DNA from: Candidatus Saccharimonadota bacterium
Lineage (GTDB): Bacteria; Patescibacteriota; Saccharimonadia; Saccharimonadales; Saccharimonadaceae
Direction: 5' to 3'
Assembly (NCBI GenBank): GCA_002726935.1
Contig: PBTC01000014.1
Coordinates: forward strand, 66,218-130,217
DNA: 64,000 nucleotides
Under the pieces are notes generated by a model. That model saw only the letters and a list, made by a program, of their open reading frames with translations. It had not been told where the DNA came from and did no database searches. This document shows, one piece after another, positions 56,259 to 64,000 of the stretch (its first letter is position 1; each line of letters starts with the position of its first letter). The translations under genes were made by a program, and so were the position numbers.

Positions 56259-56927
56259 TCAACCTTGTAGAGTTACGGCAGTTTCAATAGTTTTCCTGGC
56301 TTTTTTGAGACTTTCTTTTATGTGTTCCTCAGCGGAGTCCATTGAGGCTTGGGGGTCGTACATACCAAAGGTTGCAATCTTTATAATTTTGTTTGTAACC
56401 TTTATTTCTAACGATTGTTCCAGGGCAGCGCCGATCCGACTGTCCATCTCTCGAAGATTCGTTTTCCATTCCTCGTTGTTGGCCCTTGTGATTTTCGAGG
56501 CCTCTTCTATCAGGTTCTCAAAGGCTTCGGATTTCTCGTCGGCTCTTTGATAGGCCAATTTTGCATCGAGAAAGGTCTCTAAGTACGTCAATTTCACAAT
56601 CAGCGATGGCTCTTTGGTCAGCCCGTTTAGTAGCAAACTCGAAAACCTGTTCACTTTTTTTTCATCTGCGATCCCGCTAGACAGATTTTCAGCTATCTGG
56701 TCAGACAGCTTTTGGGTTTCCAAGATTGCGTCTTGAATACTTTTGTAGGCGCCAGTCTCAAGCTGAATAAATTGAAGTTTCTCCTGCGCCTCTTGAATTG
56801 AAGCAATTAGCAAATAACCGCCTACACCGGAGAGGACAAGAGCGATTATCACCAGTGCCTTTTTGAGCCGAATAAAATGCTTATGTTGTTCCATGGCTGT
56901 CTTGTTGCTTTCTGTGGTTGGAAACAT
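56259..56927 (-). CDS. Membrane-anchored helical protein, paralog of 58008-58667
   Basis: N-term TM; ETGAYKSIQD, VKLTYLETFL, VTN, KARKTIETA. Confidence 0.7.
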   Translation of the reverse strand: MFPTTESNKTAMEQHKHFIRLKKALVIIALVLSGVGGYLLIASIQEAQEKLQFIQLETGAYKSIQDAILETQKLSDQIAENLSSGIADEKKVNRFSSLLLNGLTKEPSLIVKLTYLETFLDAKLAYQRADEKSEAFENLIEEASKITRANNEEWKTNLREMDSRIGAALEQSLEIKVTNKIIKIATFGMYDPQASMDSAEEHIKESLKKARKTIETAVTLQG

Positions 56928-56969
56928 GTGTTCTCCCTGGCTCTTTCGGCCGGCTTCCGTGGCAGAGGT

Positions 56970-57263
56970 TTAGTAGGAATCGATGTACGAGTCGAAGGGC
57001 TTTGGCCAATTAGACTTCAGGACGTCATGTATTTTGGAGACCCAGTGATCATCTAGGGCTGCATCCTTCCCCGTGTATCCGTTACCTGCATCAAGAGTTT
57101 CAAAGCGAAACAAAATGCCATCGAGGTCTCTTGATCCCACAGAATCCGAGAGGAATGCAACACCCTCTTTTGTTACGCGGATTTGCCGCGGCTTGGCGTC
57201 GTCTTTCGATGCAATTAGCCGGCGCACATCGTCGACGGTGAAGGGCTTTGTAAGATCGAGCAT
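56970..57263 (-). CDS. Small hypothetical protein
   Basis: ATG 57263 after AAAGGA; MLDLTKPFTVDDVRRLIASKDD. Confidence 0.65.
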   Translation of the reverse strand: MLDLTKPFTVDDVRRLIASKDDAKPRQIRVTKEGVAFLSDSVGSRDLDGILFRFETLDAGNGYTGKDAALDDHWVSKIHDVLKSNWPKPFDSYIDSY

Positions 57264-57358
57264 AAGGTTTCCTTTAGGGTCCCGGTGATTTGATTTAATA
57301 ATAGCACAGATATATTGCAAATACAATTTAATTCGTGTATTATTGAAATCAAAAACGC

Positions 57359-57988
57359 CTAAAAAAACGAGTTCCCCGGCTGTTGTCTCTTCGGCGCTCT
57401 ATCAGCTTCTTTGCTGGTGTCTGGTGCATGGATGCCGGGTACCCCGATGCCATGTTTCTTGGCCGTGGCCAATAGGGCTTTTGCGTTCAGGATGGCATCC
57501 TCTAGAGGATCATGCGGCAGATCTGCGCCTCTTAGCTTCTTCCACTCACTGGTCACCAAGAAATCGCGCTCGAGACCTGCGCAGAAATCCCCTATCCTTC
57601 GGGCTGTGAACCCAAAAGGATTCTCGCCGGCGAACTTCCATGTGTAGTAGTTAATCCATTGCCAGTCATAGGCAGGATTGTCGGACATCAATACCGCTCG
57701 ACCGCTGGTGTTTTGTTTGACCCACTGCACGAAGCTTCTCATCACCGTGCGGGGGTCCTCGTAACCCTCGTGCATTTGTCTTGTAGTGTGAGACTTCTGC
57801 AGGCTTTCAGGAATGAAATTTGGAGAGATTGGCCTGGTGAATCCCTTGAATGTTTTGTCAAGGTCATCACTTAGGACAACGGCTCCAAAGCTCACCATTG
57901 AGAAATCTGGAGCGTATGGGCCGTCGCCTTCCGTGTCGACTATGAAAAAAGTCTTTTCCTCCTGAGAACTTTTCTCGATGCGATTCAT
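57359..57988 (-). CDS. DEDDh 3'-5' exonuclease; C-tail KRQQPGNSFF
   Basis: VDTEGDGP (ExoI), SDNPAYDW (ExoII), LPHDPLEDA (ExoIII). Confidence 0.85.
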   Translation of the reverse strand: MNRIEKSSQEEKTFFIVDTEGDGPYAPDFSMVSFGAVVLSDDLDKTFKGFTRPISPNFIPESLQKSHTTRQMHEGYEDPRTVMRSFVQWVKQNTSGRAVLMSDNPAYDWQWINYYTWKFAGENPFGFTARRIGDFCAGLERDFLVTSEWKKLRGADLPHDPLEDAILNAKALLATAKKHGIGVPGIHAPDTSKEADRAPKRQQPGNSFF

Positions 57989-58007
57989 CTTTTTTTGCGG
58001 CGTTGAA

Positions 58008-58667
58008 TCACGCTTCGCGCGATTGAGTTTCTGGCTCATCCAGTATCTCAGCCGCCGACTCGATTGCGATACGCGCTTTCTGCGTAAGCTCTGCCATGGA
58101 CTCTTCAAACCCCTCGAGCTCAGGCATGTTGTCGTGTCGTCCCAAGGTTAAATAGGGGGTCAAGGCGTTGGTCACTTCAAAAGTCAGAGATCGCTGAAAC
58201 ACAATCTTTGTCTGAGCGTCGAGATTATCCAGCTCTTCAAACCAAGTCGCTTGGTTCTCTTTTGCGATCGTCGCGACCTCTGCTCTGAGGTCTTCCCAGG
58301 TTTGCGAATTCAACCCGGACTGGAGGTAGGCGGCGTCGGCTTCTAAGAAGATGGCCAGGTATCTCGATTTCACGTATACCAGTCTCTCCTCTGTGAGCCC
58401 TTCATAGATCTTGTCAGCGAGGTGGCTTGTTTTGCTTTCATCGGCGAACATGGATTTTTGCTTGTCCATTTGCAACGCAAGCTGCTGTGCATTGTAGATT
58501 TTGTCCTGTACGGGTGAGTAAGCACCCAACTCGGTGCGGAAAAACTCAACGCGCGCTTTCACCTCTTTCAACGAGGTGTTGGTCAGATACCAAAAGGTGC
58601 CCAGCAAAACAAGGGCGGTGAGTGCCAACATATGGCTGATTTTGAAAACTAGTGTGCTTTTTTTCAT
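58008..58667 (-). CDS. Membrane-anchored helical protein, paralog of 56259-56927
   Basis: N-term TM; ELGAYSPVQD, VKSRYLAIFL, VTN, KARIAIESA. Confidence 0.7.
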   Translation of the reverse strand: MKKSTLVFKISHMLALTALVLLGTFWYLTNTSLKEVKARVEFFRTELGAYSPVQDKIYNAQQLALQMDKQKSMFADESKTSHLADKIYEGLTEERLVYVKSRYLAIFLEADAAYLQSGLNSQTWEDLRAEVATIAKENQATWFEELDNLDAQTKIVFQRSLTFEVTNALTPYLTLGRHDNMPELEGFEESMAELTQKARIAIESAAEILDEPETQSREA

Positions 58668-58691
58668 TTCAGAGGTCCTTTTGGAGGGTGA

Positions 58692-59018
58692 CTACATTGT
58701 TGGGCCGGAGGGCTTTTTTACAGCAGCGGATACGGGTTTCCATGGCTCCATCTCAGCCGCTTCCAAAGCGCTTTGTACACCTTGAAGTTGCTCGATTGAC
58801 TTGGCTACTCGCCTTATGGTCTCTTCCATGGTGTCGCAGTCTTCACTGGTTGCCAGTTCATTTACCAAGAACTCAAATAGGCCGTCTCCAACCTCTTTGT
58901 GTTCGCCATAGGCGATGCCTTTGAAGTCACCGCCTCCATATGTTTCAAGAAGAACGCGTTGTGCCTGGTTAAATTCTTCGGGCGCTGCAGATTTATTTCC
59001 CATTTTTTTACCTGACAA
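58692..59018 (-). CDS. Hypothetical protein; C-tail KKPSGPTM
   Basis: LLETYGGGDF...VGDGLFEFLVNEL. Confidence 0.65.
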   Translation of the reverse strand: MSGKKMGNKSAAPEEFNQAQRVLLETYGGGDFKGIAYGEHKEVGDGLFEFLVNELATSEDCDTMEETIRRVAKSIEQLQGVQSALEAAEMEPWKPVSAAVKKPSGPTM

Positions 59019-59122
59019 TTAATTAATATTCCTCAATGCTAAACGCAAAACTCCCGTGCCCAAAGGAAATTGACGGTTCTTTCAGCAGTTTACGCAGAAA
59101 ACTGTTCTTCCTATCTCTTGCA

Positions 59123-59151
59123 TTGACTAATTGATATTAAGCTTGTATCAT
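59123..59151 (+). promoter_or_regulatory. Sigma70-like promoter TTGACT-17-TATCAT
   Basis: Consensus-like hexamers about 155 nt upstream of 59308. Confidence 0.6.
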
Positions 59152-59307
59152 TTTTTTGTCTATTAGACGGGGTGGCCCCCTTGGTTCTGCGCCTTCTTTA
59201 GGTTTCCTCTCAGCCTCAGCACTCAAAACCGACTATCAATTTTCGATTTTGCTGGATTACGACAATGCAGAAACTCGACTTGCTGGCATTTAATTGGAAA
59301 TCTGATC

Positions 59308-60147
59308 ATGACAATCCCATTTCGCTCCGTCGCTGAAGCTCAAGCCTTCGCATCTGCCTTTTCAAAAGCAACTGCTAGCGCTGAAGGCTCCCCGCGACTC
59401 TCCTTGAATTCCACTCTGCATTGTCTGGCGGTGGCCTCCAAATTCAAAAACTGGCCCGCTATGAAATCTCATCTTGAGAAACAACCCGAGGCATTCGCTT
59501 CTCCTGCTAAGAATTTTGTAGAGCTTCCCCCGATTGGCGTCATGGAGGTTGCCACCTTATTCCGGAAGGGCAATGAGCCTAGGCATTACATCTATTCCTC
59601 AGATTCTCAAAGGAACCGCATTCAAGCTCTAGCGGCCGCTGCTCAATCTGCTAAAAGTGCCGGCATGGATCTAATCACGATCGCTCATGATGCGGCGACT
59701 CTAGAAGCAGTTGATTTAGATCACGGTCCGTTGCTGCTAAAGACGTCGCCGAGCACACACTGGAAAGACGACACGCCAGTTTCACTGGGCTACTGCTATG
59801 AACTCAGTAGACCAGACAATGGTAAAAGAGATCCTTTGGGCCCCTTTCTGTCCAATCTCCAAGAGCTTCAGAAATCAAGGCTTGACGCCAGCCAGAGGGC
59901 GGACAAAAAAGACGTCCGCAGCATTCTCTTGTTGGTAGAACCACAGTCCTCGATGGAGGCTTTGTCGTCCGAACTTAAATTTTCGGAGGAAGCTGTCGAC
60001 GAAATCCTCCGTATCGCTTACTGGGGGCGTCGCCTGAAGATCAGCATTGGTTATCTTTATGACAGCAGCCTAGATCGATTAAAGCCGGAAAACAGTCGAC
60101 TTACCGATGGCCTTCTAAACAACAGTAGCAGCGTCCACAAAGATTAA
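59308..60147 (+). CDS. Protein with shared N-terminal helical module
   Basis: LSLNSTLHCLAVASKFKNWPAMKS. Confidence 0.7.
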   Translation: MTIPFRSVAEAQAFASAFSKATASAEGSPRLSLNSTLHCLAVASKFKNWPAMKSHLEKQPEAFASPAKNFVELPPIGVMEVATLFRKGNEPRHYIYSSDSQRNRIQALAAAAQSAKSAGMDLITIAHDAATLEAVDLDHGPLLLKTSPSTHWKDDTPVSLGYCYELSRPDNGKRDPLGPFLSNLQELQKSRLDASQRADKKDVRSILLLVEPQSSMEALSSELKFSEEAVDEILRIAYWGRRLKISIGYLYDSSLDRLKPENSRLTDGLLNNSSSVHKD

Positions 60148-60443
60148 TTAGCGTCCCGGGCAATTCGCTCGGGTATCTTACTTCAGCCCCCGGACAGATA
60201 TTTTGATTCTCGAATCGATGTTTTGTGGTTTCAAGAATTTTTCTATGCTATATTTTTGACAAGCGCTTTGGTTTAAGCGTGCCGTCTGCATGGCGAAGAC
60301 TCCTGTCAAAATCAACAATGAAGCAATGAGATTTTTTGTCCTTCACACTTTAAAAACTGTGGAGCAGCAAAGGAAAAGCAGACTAATCCAGGTCAACAGG
60401 TTTCTGTTTACTTGCAGCTCCCTATCGTTTAAAGGTGATTGCA

Positions 60444-62210
60444 ATGTCATTGGAACAAATCAAAAAGCAGGCTAAGCGTCTGCACAAGATTCTCCCCGAG
60501 GTACTCCCTGAAGTCGTCTCTCAAAGAAAAGACTTCAATCTGGCGATTTGCCAGGAAATCGTGGCCAAGCAGTACCGTTACCCCAGTTTTCATGCGGCCA
60601 CGCAGTCTGTTTCGGAAAATGTGTCCTTCTCCCCATCTGGCGCGCCGGTTCGCCTGGGATCGACATTGTTGGCATCCCCTGGCCCGCTGGTTGATGAGAC
60701 CGCGCTCTCAAACGTTTGCAAAAAGGTCGTCAAGATTCTCGATGCATACCCAATGATTGGAGAGACCGACCGACGTGAATACCATGGTGGAATCGGCTTT
60801 TTCGAGGTGGCCGCCAAGAAAAGCTTTGATGTTTATGCCGCCTGGGTTGGCACCAAAAGAGGGGTCGATGAGTACTCTCTGCTTGTTATCCCTTCATCTA
60901 GCGATGCTTCGCTATTTGAGGCGGGCGCCTTTCTGAACAACGACGCTTTTCGGAGCTTTTTCCTTAGACGGATTGAGGCGGAGATCGATCTGCATAGCGA
61001 TTTCTCCAGCATGAAATTCGTGAGCGTCTGCGGTCTATTTGGCCGATCTGATCGTACCGAGGAGCACAGCCTTCATCTGTTTCCATTCAATGAGGTTGAC
61101 GATTTCGATCTTTCGGTTGAGTGGCACTGCCCGCGCAATCCAGACCCAGTGCTCCGAGACGCGCCTATACATGTCCTTCACGCCGCACGATCGCAAACAG
61201 TCCCGTGCTTTAGCGCTCAGCACATCCTCATCTACCTCCATTGGGTTCTTGAGCGTGTCAGCGTCGAGAGCGAGAAAAGTTGGGTAGTGCAGAATCTTTA
61301 TAACCATAAGCTACTGAACGTCGGCCGGCTTGTCGATGCGCTCAGTACTTGCGCTTATGCCGCGTCAAGGCGAGGCGATCACCATGACATGGGGGTGGAG
61401 TTCACACTGCCTCCCGAGGAGAAATCCCCGCTGGTCAGATTTCTAGAGTCGTATAGCACGGCTGTCGCAGGCGGAACCTCCTTGATCAAGGCGGACCGGT
61501 CGAGGGGTACGTCTCACTTGTCGGGCGAATACCAATACTTTGTTGGTGCCACGCCTCTGTCTGGCGTGAAGAGCCTTCTTAAGGGCTTTAGACGAAAGCC
61601 ACTTAATTTTGGCGCAGCACCTTTGTTGGTGTTCTGCACACGTTCATTTACTCCCGCGGCGGGTTTAATTGCATCCTTCGTGAGCGCAAGCCGAGATCAG
61701 GGTAGACGAATACTCTACCTGGCTCGATCGGCCGAGGTGTTTCTTCCAGAACATCTTCGAGATGCGGTGGACTTTGTTGATCTTGGCATCCTGGAGCAAA
61801 GCCCGGAGGAGGTGAATACCCGCCTGAAGTTTGCGTTCTTTAAGTCGCTTCAATACCGGCGGTTGAGCCTCGTCATTGAGGATTGCGACCACCTTAGCAC
61901 CCACCCAGCTTTGAACAGTTTTTTGAACCAGATCAAAGACCAGAACATACCAGCTCTTCTCCTTTCCCAGGGGGAGAGTTACTCGGACCAATCACGGCTC
62001 TTTTCGTTACTTGGAAAACGGGAAACCGCAGTGATGTTTTCGATGGCCGATGGGTCTAGGTCTGCGGCCTGGTTTAATCAATCGCTTGGCTTGGGAGACG
62101 GATTGGAGGCCTCGAAGTTTCGAGAGGATTATTCCCAGGGCGATCTGCTGATTTACAAGCGGTTGCAGGGCAACCCCACGAAGGGCGATTGGTTCGAGCT
62201 GAACCAATAA
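60444..62210 (+). CDS. Large protein with shared N-terminal helical module; C-terminal part possibly a degenerate P-loop NTPase
   Basis: MSLEQIKKQAKRLHK...LAICQEIVAKQYRYPSFHA; RILYL and LVIEDCDHL but no Walker A. Confidence 0.75.
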   Translation: MSLEQIKKQAKRLHKILPEVLPEVVSQRKDFNLAICQEIVAKQYRYPSFHAATQSVSENVSFSPSGAPVRLGSTLLASPGPLVDETALSNVCKKVVKILDAYPMIGETDRREYHGGIGFFEVAAKKSFDVYAAWVGTKRGVDEYSLLVIPSSSDASLFEAGAFLNNDAFRSFFLRRIEAEIDLHSDFSSMKFVSVCGLFGRSDRTEEHSLHLFPFNEVDDFDLSVEWHCPRNPDPVLRDAPIHVLHAARSQTVPCFSAQHILIYLHWVLERVSVESEKSWVVQNLYNHKLLNVGRLVDALSTCAYAASRRGDHHDMGVEFTLPPEEKSPLVRFLESYSTAVAGGTSLIKADRSRGTSHLSGEYQYFVGATPLSGVKSLLKGFRRKPLNFGAAPLLVFCTRSFTPAAGLIASFVSASRDQGRRILYLARSAEVFLPEHLRDAVDFVDLGILEQSPEEVNTRLKFAFFKSLQYRRLSLVIEDCDHLSTHPALNSFLNQIKDQNIPALLLSQGESYSDQSRLFSLLGKRETAVMFSMADGSRSAAWFNQSLGLGDGLEASKFREDYSQGDLLIYKRLQGNPTKGDWFELNQ

Positions 62211-62275
62211 CCCAGTTGTACTATTTTCCCTTAAGACGCACCTTCATTGGGGCGCTTAAATTTGGATCGACTAGC

Positions 62276-62683
62276 ATGAGCACAAAAACACACTTCGATG
62301 CCGCTTTTTCCTTGAAAAGGCCCTGTGGGAACTGCCCTTTCCTCAAAGAGGGTGCTATTGAGCTTGAGCCAGGTCGACTCCAGTCAATTGTCCAATCCTT
62401 GCTCGATGACGACGGAGCTAACTTTCACTGCCACAAGACCGTGTACAACGAGAAGACCGGAGGGACTTGGGTGGAAGATGAGGATGGAGCATCGTCCTAC
62501 CAGTGTAGCCACAAGGAAGCCTTTTGTGCCGGCGCCATGATCTTCATGCAAAAGGTGGGGCACTCGTCTGTATTGATGCGCATGGCCCAGGCCTTGGGTT
62601 ATTGCGACCGGAACGTCTTAATGGAAAGCGCGGACCTTGTCATTGATCCTGAGATGCTCGAACGCTCTATCAGCCGCAACTAG
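62276..62683 (+). CDS. Cys-rich hypothetical protein
   Basis: RPCGNCPF, FHCHKT, FCAGAMIF. Confidence 0.7.
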   Translation: MSTKTHFDAAFSLKRPCGNCPFLKEGAIELEPGRLQSIVQSLLDDDGANFHCHKTVYNEKTGGTWVEDEDGASSYQCSHKEAFCAGAMIFMQKVGHSSVLMRMAQALGYCDRNVLMESADLVIDPEMLERSISRN

Positions 62684-62732
62684 AATGCCTTGCTAACCTG
62701 GGTTCGCAGAATCAACAAGGATTGATTGCTCT

Positions 62733-63353
62733 TTAGATGTTGTACATTTTCCGTTGGGTGGCAGCCGCTGCAAGCCAAATGGCTTTCCTGGTGGCCGCAA
62801 GTCTGTCGCTGCCGTGACTTACCACTGCCAAGATTGTTCTCGATCTGCCTCGTACTGTGGTGGAGGGACGCAATGACTCCCCACTCGAGTCGATCTCGAC
62901 TTTAAAGCCCATCTTGACCGCCAGGCAAAATGCGTCAACCTCACATCCCTTTGGGTTCCAGGCCACATCCTGTCCATTCTCGCCGACAATCCAGATGCCT
63001 CCGCTTGGAATGTGTGCGTGCTCGCCTTGGACCACTTCTAGGCCGGCTGCTTTGGCCGCATCCAGGGTGATCTGTCGAACTTTTTCACTGTCAAGGTCGC
63101 CGGTCTCTTGCGAATCAGATTCTACGTTCTGTCCGGTATTTCCCAGGGCGGCTCGCAGACCCTCTTCGTTGTCAAACCAGAGCACTTTACCCAGATGAAC
63201 CGTGCACAGGCGGCCATGCGCGTCACTGAGAACTACGCCTGTGGCCTGATAGCCCTTTGTCTGGCACACAAACTCCGCCTTTTCGCCGGTCTGGCGGTGG
63301 CCCGTGAGAATCTCGATTTGCTTGGCCAAAGAGCCATTTGTGGACTGAGTCAC
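62733..63353 (-). CDS. Hypothetical protein
   Basis: ORF with AAGGA SD. Confidence 0.6.
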   Translation of the reverse strand: MTQSTNGSLAKQIEILTGHRQTGEKAEFVCQTKGYQATGVVLSDAHGRLCTVHLGKVLWFDNEEGLRAALGNTGQNVESDSQETGDLDSEKVRQITLDAAKAAGLEVVQGEHAHIPSGGIWIVGENGQDVAWNPKGCEVDAFCLAVKMGFKVEIDSSGESLRPSTTVRGRSRTILAVVSHGSDRLAATRKAIWLAAAATQRKMYNI

Positions 63354-63376
63354 GTTCAGTGTCCTTTTTTATCTGG

Positions 63377-63913
63377 TTAGGCGTTTTTCAGCCTTTCACC
63401 CGTGGCCGAGTCGTAAACATAAGGCTTAACGTTATATTTACGCCCTTCTCTAAACAGGTCGCCAATCGTACTGACCGGAGACCCTTTCTGTGCAGTGCTC
63501 TGTGCGTCTTCCTTCAGGAACAGGCATGCTTTGGCCAGGTTGCTACACAATCGGCTAAGTTCGCGATCGTAGGCAGTGCATCGCGATGCCTTTTCAATGG
63601 CGATCGGCATTTTCTCACCCTTAATCAGGAAATACGCAACACGTTCGCCGTGCGCGGCAATAGAGTATTTCACCTCAGCACTCGCAGTTGCCTTCCCAAT
63701 CAGGTAAAACAGGAACTCCTGTTCCCTTTCGTAGACACCTGTTGATCGAATGCCAAGTTCGACGCTATGGTAGTCACTGAAACTTTGCAGCGCTGCGTAG
63801 GCGTGAACCTCTTTCAGCTCAGGATAGAAGCGTCTGAGCGCCGCGATCTCCTCGAGTTCGTCTGCGGTGAGATGAGTGGCTTCGCTATACGCTGCATTTA
63901 CGGTGTCGACCAC
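63377..63913 (-). CDS. Hypothetical protein
   Basis: ORF co-oriented with its neighbour. Confidence 0.6.
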   Translation of the reverse strand: MVDTVNAAYSEATHLTADELEEIAALRRFYPELKEVHAYAALQSFSDYHSVELGIRSTGVYEREQEFLFYLIGKATASAEVKYSIAAHGERVAYFLIKGEKMPIAIEKASRCTAYDRELSRLCSNLAKACLFLKEDAQSTAQKGSPVSTIGDLFREGRKYNVKPYVYDSATGERLKNA

Positions 63914-64000
63914 CTTGTTCTGTAGGATAGGCCAGACCTTCGATGAGGGCGATTATTCTGGAGGTGGTCACGTCTTTACAACCTTAGCAGCCCTTCGTTC

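Noticed and set aside
57989-58108. N-terminal 40-aa extension of the exonuclease in the ORF track
   Set aside because: It overlaps the coding 3' end of 58008-58667; ATG 57988 is the plausible start
60444-62210. Active P-loop ATPase
   Set aside because: A Walker B-like LVIED is present but there is no GxxxxGK[ST]
1-64000. tRNA, rRNA, replication or conjugation genes
   Set aside because: None recognised, so the plasmid assignment and any T4SS link remain inference from cargo content

Overview
This is a ~50% GC, gene-dense accessory region that looks like part of a large proteobacterial plasmid or megaplasmid. That is an inference from the gene content; no rep, tra, rRNA or tRNA genes were recognised. 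The centrepiece is a complete type IV-A CRISPR-Cas locus: dinG/csf4 divergent from csf5-csf1-csf2-csf3, with no cas1/cas2. It is followed by a 32-repeat/31-spacer array (50062-52110) whose 35-nt repeats are very degenerate (only 1 of 32 equals the consensus) but keep a 6-bp stem through compensatory changes and a 7-nt 3' handle. The array also has two near-duplicate spacer pairs and one mid-array pair of identical rare repeats. The rest of the window carries rdgC, an RNase H, thyA, HipBA, two AbiE-like toxin-antitoxin pairs, an orphan CbtA-like toxin, a PcfJ protein, a GHKL-ATPase/HExxH fusion, ART-PolyVal, GNAT and DEDDh exonuclease genes, plus many hypotheticals. Several window-wide patterns are not explained by gene labels: (i) many unrelated proteins end in a shared Lys/Ser/Pro-rich tail finishing P-[SGT]-[FML], a candidate export signal; (ii) about ten proteins share a ~50-aa N-terminal helical module, and most are the first gene behind a consensus sigma70 promoter with a long structured leader; (iii) three ~46-bp IS200/IS605-like single-hairpin scars; (iv) a five-member membrane protein family and several paralog pairs. 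All family assignments come from motif recognition by eye, not database searches.
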